The notes under the pieces: generated by a model
What the model was told of the DNA's origin: nothing
The model's input: the letters and a program-made list of their open reading frames with translations, nothing else
Database searches by the model: none
Position numbers and translations under genes: made by a program
In this document: positions 7,710-16,331 of the stretch, piece by piece
Numbering within the stretch: position 1 is the first letter of the stretch
Layout: the number at the start of each line of letters is the position of its first letter
From: an uncultured Clostridia bacterium
Lineage (GTDB): Bacteria > Bacillota > Clostridia > Christensenellales > UBA1242
DNA length: 64,000 nt
Direction: 5' to 3'
Assembly (NCBI GenBank): GCA_944372445.1
Contig: CALVZE010000003.1
Span: forward strand, 1,816-65,815

Positions 7710-10700
7710 ATGTATTTTAAGAAAATTGAGATGATAGGATTTAAGTCGTTTGCGGACAAGACCACCATTGAATTTAATGGCGGATTTACTGCTATTGTCG
7801 GACCTAACGGTTGTGGAAAGAGTAATGTTTCCGATGCTATTCGTTGGGTATTAGGTGAGCAGAGCGCAAAATCTCTTCGTGGTGACAATATGCAGGATGT
7901 CATCTTTAAAGGCACGGAAAAGAGACGAAGTTTGTCTTACTGCGAGGTGACTTTGACCTTTGATAACACTGACAGATTTTTCAACATTTCATATGACGAG
8001 CTAAGCATAACAAGAAAGCTTTATCGTTCTGGCGAGAGCGAATATCTGATAAACAAGAACACGTGTAGGCTTAAAGATATCACCGACCTTTTGTTTGACA
8101 GCGGTATCGGTAAAAATGGCTATTCAGTTATCGGACAGGGCAAGGTCAGCGAGATTGTCGATGAAAAGCCAGAAGAAAGAAGGGCGATGTTTGAAGAGGC
8201 GGCAGGTATTGCTAAATTTAAGAGCCGAAAGGACGAGGCGGAAAGAAAACTCCAACGCACGCGCGAAAATTTGGTTAGAATTGACGATATTGTTGCCGAA
8301 ATTGAAAGGCAGATGGGTCCACTTAAAAAGCAGGCTGAGGACGCCAAGAAATATTTGGAGTATAAAGGGCAACTTAAAGACTTAGAGGTCAATGCATATA
8401 TCTATTCTTATGAAAATGCGCACAATGTTAAGGCGGAGATTAATCAAAGGCTTCAAGGCCTCGCCGAAGAACTCTCCAATCGTCAAATAGAACTTGAAGA
8501 CACTTCAACTAAGTATGACGAAACGCTTGCCAAAATGGACAAGTTTGATAAAGAAATCTCTCATCTTAATGAGGAACTCCTTCGTGTCACCGTTGAACTT
8601 GAAAAACAAGAGGGTGAAATTCGAGTTGTTCGCGAAAAAATCAACTATACACAAAAAGAAAACGACAGATTTCATCTTGACCTTTCTAATGCCAAAACCA
8701 TTTTAGAGAATTGCGAAGAGGCGAGAGAGGAGAAAAAGACAGAGTTAGATAAGCTAACTGAAAGACTAGAAACGCTGAAAAAGACCTATGCAGGGTTATC
8801 AAATAAACATCTTGAAATTGTTGATGAGATGACGCTAAGTGAAAACGAAGCAGGCTTATCTCAACAAAAGTTTATTGACACCTTAGGCTCTCTTGCTGAT
8901 GTTAAGAGTAACGCATCTCGCTATGAGGCAGAAAGAAACATATTAAAAGAAAACTTAGAGAATTTAACGAAGAACTTAAACGAAGCACAAGGTAAAGTGG
9001 AAAGTTTAAGAAAATTAAACGCCGATACTTCCAAAAATGTCGAACTATTAACTAAATCCTTTGAAGAAATTAAAGAAAACTGCAAGGATGTTGCTAGTAA
9101 AAACTTCATTTCCACCAAAAAACTGCGCGACTTAGAGAACGATAAGGCGAACCTTGCCACACAAATAAAGGTGTACGAGAATAGGCGAAAACTTCTTCTT
9201 GAAATGCAAGCAGAGTTTGAAGGCTATGCCTATGCGGTTAAAAAGATTTTAAAGGATAGCGAAAGAAACAGCGCACTCAAAAGCAAAATGGTGGGCGTGC
9301 TTGCCTCACTTATTAAAGTGCCAGCGCAGTTTGAAACGGCAATTGAGGTGGCACTAGGCGCAGCTGTTCAAAATATCGTCACCTTCAACGAAAATGGCGC
9401 AAAGGACTTGATTGCATATTTGAAAGAGAACAAGTTTGGGCGCGCCACATTTTTGCCGATTAACTCCATGAAGCGCCGCGACCTTGACGCTAGACTTGTT
9501 GCTGGCAAAAAAGGTGTTTATGGCGTTGCGAGCAAACTTATTGAATATGACAAGCAGATTGATAATGTCATCAGCAACTTGCTGGGTGCAACGGTTATTG
9601 TTGACACTTTGGCAACGGCGGTGGAACTAGCACAAGAAAACCGTTTCTCATTCAAAATAGTGACGCTTGACGGCGATGTTGTCAGCACGCAAGGCTCACT
9701 CACTGGTGGTAGTAAGAAGAGCGAGGCGGTTAACCTTATCTCTCGTCAGCGTGAGATTGAAACGCTACTCTCTGAGATTAACAAACTTCAAAAGCAAGAA
9801 AGTGAGATGAGTGCTGAAATTGAAGAGTTAAAAGCAGAAACTGCAAATTTGGCGCGTAAGGAAGAGGAGTATAACGCGCAAAGAAACGACTGCGAAATCA
9901 GACTTGTTAAAGAGCAAGAAAAGTTGGATGTAATAGGTAAGGACTTACAAGAAGCTGAGGAAGAAGAGAAGGTATATTCCATGGAAAAAACCACCGTTGA
10001 GAATAAGATTAAACTTATTGACGGCGAACTTAGTGAAATCAACCTTGTGCAAAACGCGCTAAGTGGCAATAAGGAAGATGCCGACCTACTCATCAAGCAA
10101 AAGCAGGAAAAATCTAACGCGCTTAGAGCGGAGAGAGATAACATTGTCAACAACATGACTACTATAAAAGTGGAGATTGCTTCGTGCGAAGAAAAAGTTA
10201 AAGGCATGAGCGATGAGTTAGATAGGTTAATAGCTGAAATTGACAAACAAAACTTGAATGTCGCAACTTTCTCTAAGTCTATTAGCGAAAACGAGGCGTT
10301 TATCAGTCAAGCGGAAGAGATGATTAAGGTGAAGATTGAAAATGCTGGACCTTCGACTGCTAAGGACAATATGAACTCCATTCGCGCAAAGCGAGAGAAC
10401 TTAGAAAGAGAGAAAGGTGATATTTCTGCCACGCTTAAAAAGTATGACGAGATTAAAACACAAATCCTAGAAGATATTTCTCGTATAAACGATAAGAAAT
10501 ACCGTGAGGAAATGAACTTATCTAAGGTTGACAGCGAGTTAGAAACTATGCAAGAGCGTATTTATGAAGAATATAACCTCACATATACTACTTGCCTTGA
10601 ACATAGACGACCAGATTTTGACTATAAAGAAGCCAGCATTGCTATTAATAAGTTGAAGAAAGATATTTCCGCGCTCGGCTATGTTAATGTGCACGCGATT

Positions 10701-11297
10701 GAGGATGTGGCAACGCTCTTAGATAGATATAACGACATGTCCACACAGTCCGCAGATCTTAAAAAGGCGGAAGAGGACTTAGTTACCATCATCAAGGACC
10801 TTTCAGGCGAAATGCTCTCTAAGTTTAACGAAGAATTTGAAAAGATAAATTCAAGCTTCAAAGTGGTATTCCGTGAACTCTTTGGCGGTGGAAACGCAAG
10901 GCTTGAACTCACCGAAAGCGAGGATCCTCTTCTTGCGGGTGTGGAAATTATGGTGCAACTGCCAGGTAAAGCGGCGAACAAACTTTCACTTCTTTCTGGT
11001 GGCGAAAAGACACTTACTGCTATTGCACTTCTTTTCTCTATCTTGCGTCTAAAACCACTTCCTTTCTCACTGCTAGACGAAATTGAGGCGGCGCTTGATG
11101 ATGCAAATATTGAGCGTTTTGCGTTGTATCTTAAAAAATTGTCTGAATCCACTCAGTTTATCGTCATCACTCATAGAAAACCAACTATGGAACTTGCGGA
11201 TAGTCTTTATGGCGTTACTATGGAAGAGAAGGGCGTGTCGAAGATTGTTTCTGTTAAACTTGCAGACGCTATCAAGCAGGCAGAACAGGCAAATTAA
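7710..11297 (+). CDS. smc: Chromosome segregation protein SMC
   Basis: Walker A GPNGCGKSN, long coiled coils, a hinge, and C-terminal LSGGEKTL...LLDEIEAALD. Confidence 0.95.
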   Translation: MYFKKIEMIGFKSFADKTTIEFNGGFTAIVGPNGCGKSNVSDAIRWVLGEQSAKSLRGDNMQDVIFKGTEKRRSLSYCEVTLTFDNTDRFFNISYDELSITRKLYRSGESEYLINKNTCRLKDITDLLFDSGIGKNGYSVIGQGKVSEIVDEKPEERRAMFEEAAGIAKFKSRKDEAERKLQRTRENLVRIDDIVAEIERQMGPLKKQAEDAKKYLEYKGQLKDLEVNAYIYSYENAHNVKAEINQRLQGLAEELSNRQIELEDTSTKYDETLAKMDKFDKEISHLNEELLRVTVELEKQEGEIRVVREKINYTQKENDRFHLDLSNAKTILENCEEAREEKKTELDKLTERLETLKKTYAGLSNKHLEIVDEMTLSENEAGLSQQKFIDTLGSLADVKSNASRYEAERNILKENLENLTKNLNEAQGKVESLRKLNADTSKNVELLTKSFEEIKENCKDVASKNFISTKKLRDLENDKANLATQIKVYENRRKLLLEMQAEFEGYAYAVKKILKDSERNSALKSKMVGVLASLIKVPAQFETAIEVALGAAVQNIVTFNENGAKDLIAYLKENKFGRATFLPINSMKRRDLDARLVAGKKGVYGVASKLIEYDKQIDNVISNLLGATVIVDTLATAVELAQENRFSFKIVTLDGDVVSTQGSLTGGSKKSEAVNLISRQREIETLLSEINKLQKQESEMSAEIEELKAETANLARKEEEYNAQRNDCEIRLVKEQEKLDVIGKDLQEAEEEEKVYSMEKTTVENKIKLIDGELSEINLVQNALSGNKEDADLLIKQKQEKSNALRAERDNIVNNMTTIKVEIASCEEKVKGMSDELDRLIAEIDKQNLNVATFSKSISENEAFISQAEEMIKVKIENAGPSTAKDNMNSIRAKRENLEREKGDISATLKKYDEIKTQILEDISRINDKKYREEMNLSKVDSELETMQERIYEEYNLTYTTCLEHRRPDFDYKEASIAINKLKKDISALGYVNVHAIEDVATLLDRYNDMSTQSADLKKAEEDLVTIIKDLSGEMLSKFNEEFEKINSSFKVVFRELFGGGNARLELTESEDPLLAGVEIMVQLPGKAANKLSLLSGGEKTLTAIALLFSILRLKPLPFSLLDEIEAALDDANIERFALYLKKLSESTQFIVITHRKPTMELADSLYGVTMEEKGVSKIVSVKLADAIKQAEQAN

Positions 11298-11306
11298 GGA
11301 GATAAA

Positions 11307-12203
11307 ATGGGACTTTTTAAAAAGATAGGGCAAGCACTAAAAAAAACTAAGGACGCAATCACGCGTAAGCTTGATGAACTTCTTAGCCACGGCGAACTCA
11401 ATGACGAGTTTTTTGACGACCTCACAGACATCTTGATTTCTTCTGATGTTGGCGTAAATTCTTCTATGGAGATTGTAGATGAACTACGCGATGTTTGCCA
11501 TAAAAAGAAGATTAGAAAGGGCGAGGATGTCAAAAAAGAGCTTAAAAGCATTTTAAAGCAATATTTTCTTGACGCGCCGAAGATTGAAATTGAATATCCT
11601 TGTGTGATAACAATTGTAGGTGTCAATGGCGTTGGAAAGACGACAACTATCGGTAAGCTTGCTTCTTATTTTAAAGATAAGAAAAAGGAAGTAACGCTTG
11701 TTGCAGGTGACACTTTTCGCGCGGCGGCTTCTTCTCAGTTAAACGAGTGGGCAGATAGAACTAAAACAAGAATAATAAAGCACGCCGAGGGCGCTGATGC
11801 GGCGGCAGTTGTGTTTGACGGTATATCAAGTGCCAAGGCGAAAAAAACCGATGTGCTTATTGTAGATACGGCGGGCAGGCTTCACACAAAGACTAATCTT
11901 ATGGAAGAACTTAAAAAAATTGATAAAATCATCAATCGTGAATACCCAGAGGCTCATAAATATACCTTTATTGTCCTCGACAGCACCACAGGGCAGAACG
12001 CACTTTCGCAGATTAAGGCGTTTGACGAGTTTGTGAATATTGATGGCATAATTCTCACCAAACTTGATGGCACGGCAAAGGGCGGAGTTATCATTGCGAT
12101 TGAGAAGGAGTATAAACTGCCAGTTGTCTTTGTTGGCGTCGGCGAAGGTGTGAAAGACCTTGAACCATTCAACGCCGATGAGTTTGTGGAAGGACTTTTC
12201 TAA
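11307..12203 (+). CDS. ftsY: Signal recognition particle receptor FtsY
   Basis: NG domain motifs GVNGVGKTTTIGKLA, DTAGRLH and TKLDGTAKGG. Confidence 0.95.
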   Translation: MGLFKKIGQALKKTKDAITRKLDELLSHGELNDEFFDDLTDILISSDVGVNSSMEIVDELRDVCHKKKIRKGEDVKKELKSILKQYFLDAPKIEIEYPCVITIVGVNGVGKTTTIGKLASYFKDKKKEVTLVAGDTFRAAASSQLNEWADRTKTRIIKHAEGADAAAVVFDGISSAKAKKTDVLIVDTAGRLHTKTNLMEELKKIDKIINREYPEAHKYTFIVLDSTTGQNALSQIKAFDEFVNIDGIILTKLDGTAKGGVIIAIEKEYKLPVVFVGVGEGVKDLEPFNADEFVEGLF

Positions 12204-12206
12204 AAC

Positions 12207-12283
12207 GAAGAGTGAAGAGTGAAGGGAGATCAAAGATTTTCAGTGAAGGAAAGGCAAAGCCTTTCAGTTGTGGAAAGATTTTA
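12207..12283 (+). repeat. GTGAAG-module repeat
   Basis: GAAGAGTGAAGAGTGAAGG...CAGTGAAGG-AAAGGC-AAA-GCCTTT-CAGTTGTGGAAAGATTTTA. The stretch from GTGAAGG onward is nearly identical to 14632-14668. Confidence 0.75.
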
Positions 12284-12318
12284 ATTATCATATACTTGAA
12301 AAAATATTGTTTTTCATG

Positions 12319-12347
12319 TTGACTTTGTTTTGTAATTATGTTATATT
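12319..12347 (+). promoter_or_regulatory. Sigma-A type promoter for the small ORF
   Basis: TTGACT, 17-nt spacer, TATATT. Confidence 0.5.
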
Positions 12348-12369
12348 AATTACAAATATGGAGGATTTT

Positions 12370-12624
12370 ATGGATATTAAAGATGGTGGTTTTTCATTAA
12401 AAACCAAAGAATTGAATGATGGTCTCGATCATGTTATTTATTCTGCCTATGACAGCAGTATTATTTCAAGCATAAAAGGTGCAAAAGATGTTGCATCTGC
12501 GAAGGAATTGATAAGAAAAATGCGACAAGTAGTTGCTCAATTAAATTCTGTAAGTCATGAATTAGAAAAAACGGTGGCCCAGGCAGAAAAAAAGAAACCA
12601 ACTTTCATTATCAAAGAAAAATAA
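12370..12624 (+). CDS. Hypothetical small protein (84 aa)
   Basis: ATG at 12370 follows GGAGGA. It has its own promoter and a terminator. I recognise no motif. The track ORF starts at 12268, but that start has no RBS. Confidence 0.6.
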   Translation: MDIKDGGFSLKTKELNDGLDHVIYSAYDSSIISSIKGAKDVASAKELIRKMRQVVAQLNSVSHELEKTVAQAEKKKPTFIIKEK

Positions 12625-12626
12625 TA

Positions 12627-12651
12627 AGCATCCGCACGAGGGTGCTTTTTT
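12627..12651 (+). terminator. Rho-independent terminator
   Basis: AGCATCC-gcacga-GGGTGCT plus TTTTTT. Confidence 0.7.
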
Positions 12652-12720
12652 ATACATATTAAATAAATAAAAATTTATCCTTAACTTTCTACTGGAAATT
12701 GCAGATTTTGATTATATAAA

Positions 12721-12915
12721 TCAATTTTCAATTTTGTTTAGGGAAGGGCTTTGCCCGGCAAACAAAAATTGAAAATCACCGACAGAGAAGAGGATTGCGA
12801 AACCAACGGAGTAGCGGTTAGAAAAATTTTAATTTTTCGTGCACGCGTTTTATAATCAAAACCTATTAAGTAGCGACCAACTCGCCAATGGAATGCGAGT
12901 TGCGTTTGGTCGCTG
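12721..12915 (+). repeat. Three-hairpin structured intergenic repeat, copy B
   Basis: HP1 at 12724-12776 (ATTTTCAATTTTGTTT...AAACAAAAATTGAAAAT, cap GGGC-TTT-GCCC). Core is ATCACCGACAGAGAAGAGGATTG..GAAACCAACGGAGTAGCGGTTAG. HP2 is GAAAAAT-TTTA-ATTTTTC (12821-12838). The terminal hairpin is AGCGACCAA...TTGGTCGCT (12872-12914). Confidence 0.8.
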
Positions 12916-13042
12916 AAAGGCAAAAATAAACGTGAAAGCGATATTTTTCGAGTTTACTCGAAAATGAGCAAAAGTGCAGTTTTTGCCTTGGTCAAGCAAA
13001 ATTCGACAAAATACCGCATATAAATCATGCATAGAGGTGTGT

Positions 13043-13738
13043 ATGATTTTTGAGAGTTTTGTTTACTTTTTCAGTCGAATTAGTCTTTTCACCAACTTTA
13101 TCAACACGGTGCAGGGTTTTCCAAAACCACTTACGCTTGAAGAAGAGAAGACAGAGTTTGAGAAGATGAAAAAAGGCGATATGAAGGCGCGTGATAAACT
13201 TATTAGTCATAATCTTAGGCTTGTTGCACATGTTGTTAAAAGATATACCAATTCGCTGGAAGTCGATGACCTTTTATCGGTTGGAACGATAGGCTTAATT
13301 AAAGCTATCGACACCTTTGACTATGACAAAAAGGTACAACTTTCGACCTATGCGGCGAGATGCATCAATAATGAAATTCTTATGCTTATTCGTGCGAATA
13401 AAAAGCATAAAAACGTTGTGTCTTTAAACAGCCTAACAAGCAGTAACGAAGAAGATAACGATTTGGAACTTGAAGATGTGCTGTCGTCCGATGAAGATGA
13501 ACTTTTTGAGCAGGTTGACAACAATCTTGTTGTGCAGAAGGTGATGAAAATTATAAAAAACGAACTTGACGAGAGAGAAAGAGAAATTATCATTCTTCGT
13601 TATGGCTTAAATGGTAAGCGCGCTTTAACGCAGAAAGAGGTGGCAGAGAAGCTCGGCATTTCGCGTTCTTATATTTCACGAATTGAAAACAAGGCGCTAG
13701 AAACCATCAAAACAACCTTGAACAAACTTTATGAATAA
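13043..13738 (+). CDS. sigK: Sporulation sigma factor, pro-sigma-K-like
   Basis: ATG at 13043 follows GAGGTG. A hydrophobic pro-sequence precedes FPKPLTLEEE...ISHNLRLVAHVVKRY and STYAARCINNEILM, which is closest to SigK (FPQPLS...EHNLRLVAHIVKKF). No spoIIGA lies adjacent, which argues against sigE. Confidence 0.75.
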   Translation: MIFESFVYFFSRISLFTNFINTVQGFPKPLTLEEEKTEFEKMKKGDMKARDKLISHNLRLVAHVVKRYTNSLEVDDLLSVGTIGLIKAIDTFDYDKKVQLSTYAARCINNEILMLIRANKKHKNVVSLNSLTSSNEEDNDLELEDVLSSDEDELFEQVDNNLVVQKVMKIIKNELDEREREIIILRYGLNGKRALTQKEVAEKLGISRSYISRIENKALETIKTTLNKLYE

Positions 13739-13883
13739 ATGGAATATATAGTGTATTATGTAGTGCATAATACTCTAAATATTGTGTTATGTTATATGTC
13801 ATTGATTTTATATTTTAAAACTCTTTGCTTAAAATATATGTTTATGAATGTTTATTGCAAATTAATCTTTTTCACAAATTTGC

Positions 13884-13912
13884 TTGACAAAACTTTAAAA
13901 AATTTGTATCAT
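13884..13912 (+). promoter_or_regulatory. Sigma-A type promoter of SRP RNA
   Basis: TTGACA, 17-nt spacer, TATCAT. The predicted transcription start is near 13919. Confidence 0.65.
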
Positions 13913-13918
13913 AGTCAT

Positions 13919-14186
13919 GCTGAGATAGATGGGGAGTTAGCGGTGCCCTGTAACCTGCAATCCGCTATAGCAGGATTGAACGCTTGCCTAGGAGTAATTT
14001 GGTTGAAGATGTGCGCAAGTTAAGGGCGTTGAAATCAAGGTCTTATGCAATTGGTAACTTCGAACCATGTCAGGTCCTGACGGAAGCATCATTAAGGAGA
14101 CCTATCGATGTGCCATAAGGTAGCTTTGGTGGAGTTTTTGGCTTGCGAAACAGTCAGTCTTATTATTTCAAAGCATTCTCTCAGCT
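13919..14186 (+). ncRNA. ffs: Signal recognition particle RNA, large Bacillus type (with Alu domain)
   Basis: GGGGAGTTAGCGGTGCCCTGTAACCTGCAATCCGCTATAGCAGG closely matches the B. subtilis scRNA Alu domain. The S-domain GTCAGGTCCTGACGGAAGCA is present. The 5' GCTGAGA pairs with the 3' TCTCAGC. Length is ~268 nt. Confidence 0.9.
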
Positions 14187-14193
14187 TTCATTA

Positions 14194-14220
14194 AAACAAG
14201 GTCAAAGCCTTGTTTTTTTG
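14194..14220 (+). terminator. Terminator after SRP RNA
   Basis: ACAAGG-tcaaag-CCTTGT plus TTTTTTT. Confidence 0.75.
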
Positions 14221-14342
14221 TTTTTATCGCTTGTTTATCTTGACTATAATTGATTTTATCTCTTCAAGAGATCAAACAATAAAGTTAATAAAAAAACAAA
14301 ATCACACCGATAGGCGACTACCTAAAAGTGTGATTTTTTTTG

Positions 14343-14534
14343 TTAATTTTTTTTCATTTCTTTTTTTATCTTTTCAAGCTTTGGTTCAACCTTTTCTTTC
14401 ATCTCATTGATCTCTTTTTTTACTGCTTTTTCGCCTTTGTTGACCATAGATTTAGCATCTTGAGAGTGTTTGTAAAGAAGCGCACCTGTTATCATGCCCG
14501 CACCAAAGCCTAGAAGTGTCATTAATTCTTTCAT
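14343..14534 (-). CDS. Small membrane-anchored YtxH-like protein (63 aa)
   Basis: Strong RBS (AAAGGAGGAAAAT before the ATG on the - strand). N-terminal Gly-zipper TM segment LLGFGAGMITGALL, then a Lys/Glu-rich helix. Confidence 0.65.
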   Translation of the reverse strand: MKELMTLLGFGAGMITGALLYKHSQDAKSMVNKGEKAVKKEINEMKEKVEPKLEKIKKEMKKN

Positions 14535-14584
14535 ATTTTCCTCCTTTTTGTAGTGTTTGCAAAAAACGACAAAATATTCTATAA

Positions 14585-14672
14585 AGTGAAGAGTTAGGGA
14601 TGGATATAGAAGTAAGAGTGAAGAGTGAAAAGTGAAGGAAAGGCAAAGCCTTTCAGTTGTGGAAAGATTCAG
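14585..14672 (+). repeat. GTGAAG-module repeat
   Basis: GTGAAGAGTTAGGGATG...GTGAAGAGTGAAAAGTGAAGG-AAAGGC-AAA-GCCTTT-CAGTTGTGGAAAGATTCAG. Confidence 0.75.
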
Positions 14673-14757
14673 AAGGCTCTTTTTTTCGACAAAAAAAGAA
14701 AATTTTAGTTAAGCTAAAAACTTGCGTGTGTTCATATAGTGCTTTAAGGGGTGGTGT

Positions 14758-15657
14758 ATGTTAAGCAAAATTCTTCCCGAAAAGATTGCAAAGATAGTCA
14801 ATTCAAAACTCAATCTAAAAGGCGTAAATGAGATAAGATTTCGTGCGGACAAGCCTATCATTGTGGTGGTGGGCGGGAAAAACTATTTTTTAAGCGAAAA
14901 TGGACTGACATCATCGCTAAAAGACGCGTTATATTCCTCCAAGATTGTCATTGAGGACATTGTTTTTCGCGCGAGTGAGTGTTCAATATATTCTGTCAAC
15001 GAGCAGATAAAAAAAGGCTTCATTGTCACAGAAAACGGACTAAGAATAGGTATTGGCGGGAACGTTGTGGAAGAAAACGGACAAGTTAAAACAATGACAA
15101 ATTTTAATAGTGTTAACATTCGCATTCCGCACTCTATTAAAAACTGCTCCCTCTCATGTTTTCCACACATTGTCCATGATAATATCATTGAAAACACGCT
15201 TATAATCTCTCCACCAGGGTGCGGAAAGACCACTTTTTTACGCGATTTTGTGGCGCAGTTAAGTGAGCGAAATTTGACCTACAACGTGTTACTTCTTGAT
15301 GAGCGTGGCGAACTTGACGCCGAACTTAACGCTAATTTTTATGACAAAATTGCCTTTTCAAGCAAGAAAATGGGTTTTGAAAATGGCATTAGGTCGCTTT
15401 CGCCTGATCTTATTGTCACAGACGAGATAGGGCAGGAAGCGGATGTTGAAGCTATTTTGTATGCTTCGACTTGCGGAGTGAAAATACTTGCCTCCACGCA
15501 CGCCGACAGCATGGAAACTTTTATCAAGAAATCGCTTTTTCAAAATTTGATTAAGGAAAAGGTATTTAAACGGTATGTGCTACTGTCTAAACGAAATGGA
15601 CCCGGAACAAATGAGGGAATATATAATGAGAATTTTTCGCGCTTGTCAAGTTTTTGA
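14758..15657 (+). CDS. spoIIIAA: Stage III sporulation protein AA (ATPase)
   Basis: Walker A PPGCGKTTFLRD and Walker B LIVTDEIG. First gene of an eight-gene spoIIIA-order cluster. Confidence 0.9.
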   Translation: MLSKILPEKIAKIVNSKLNLKGVNEIRFRADKPIIVVVGGKNYFLSENGLTSSLKDALYSSKIVIEDIVFRASECSIYSVNEQIKKGFIVTENGLRIGIGGNVVEENGQVKTMTNFNSVNIRIPHSIKNCSLSCFPHIVHDNIIENTLIISPPGCGKTTFLRDFVAQLSERNLTYNVLLLDERGELDAELNANFYDKIAFSSKKMGFENGIRSLSPDLIVTDEIGQEADVEAILYASTCGVKILASTHADSMETFIKKSLFQNLIKEKVFKRYVLLSKRNGPGTNEGIYNENFSRLSSF

Positions 15658-15787
15658 TTTAAAAAATTTTGACTTTCTGCTAAGTATGAGCTTTGTAGGT
15701 AACAAAAATTAAATTGAGGATTTAAAGGCTAGCAAAGAAATTTAAGGATAATCAAAAAATCGAAAGGACACTTGAAGGGAGAGAAAA

Positions 15788-16282
15788 ATGAAATATATCA
15801 TCATTGCGGTTTTGTTTGTAATTTGCCTTGTTGTTGGATTTACATTTTTTAGTAAGTATGATAAGCGGAAAAAGTTTTTTACATCTCTTATCATGTTGGC
15901 GGAGAAACTTACAGTGGAAATCAATTTTTCGCGCGAGAGGCTTAAAGTTTTAATTGAAAATTTTGACAAAAATACAAGGCAGAATTTGTTGGGTATAGAT
16001 GAGGGCTTTGTTTCTTACCTTGACAAAAAAACGGAATTAAACGAAAAAGAGATTTTTAAAAAGGCGGATGTTTTAAAGAAGGATGAAAAGGATTTCATTT
16101 TGCTCTTTTTAAAGACACTAGGGCGAAGCGATGTGGAAAATCAGACGAAGGAGATTGCAAGTTTTACTAATCGTTTTCAAGAGATGAGAGTGATTAGCGA
16201 TACGGAGTATAAAAAGTATGGCACGCTTTCGCTTAAATTAAGTTTAATTGCAGGGCTATTTTTTGTGATTGTGCTTATTTGA
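15788..16282 (+). CDS. spoIIIAB: Stage III sporulation protein AB
   Basis: Has N- and C-terminal TM segments. Size and operon position match SpoIIIAB. Confidence 0.8.
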   Translation: MKYIIIAVLFVICLVVGFTFFSKYDKRKKFFTSLIMLAEKLTVEINFSRERLKVLIENFDKNTRQNLLGIDEGFVSYLDKKTELNEKEIFKKADVLKKDEKDFILLFLKTLGRSDVENQTKEIASFTNRFQEMRVISDTEYKKYGTLSLKLSLIAGLFFVIVLI

Positions 16283-16331
16283 AGCCCTAATTTGCGATTT
16301 TTGACCTAAGTTGAAGTAAAAAGGAAGATAT

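Noticed and set aside
8095-11152. Many 60-160 aa ORFs in alternative frames or antisense inside smc, with similar ones inside infB, valS, recN and others.
   Set aside because: They are shadow ORFs within long, well-supported genes. Their Lys/Glu/Ser-rich low-complexity translations are typical of out-of-frame reads of coiled-coil coding sequence.
12738-12923. 61-aa - strand ORF.
   Set aside because: It lies on repeat copy B, in the opposite relative orientation to the ORFs on copies A and C. It is a chance ORF.
13043-13738. Possible sigE rather than sigK, or a skin-type interruption of sigK.
   Set aside because: The sequence is closer to SigK around the processing site (FPKPL versus FPQPL) and in region 2. 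There is no adjacent spoIIGA. The ORF is full-length and uninterrupted. The assignment remains moderate-confidence.
13739-14023. 94-aa ORF downstream of sigK.
   Set aside because: It overlaps the promoter and 5' half of the SRP RNA gene. It has no RBS and an implausible composition.
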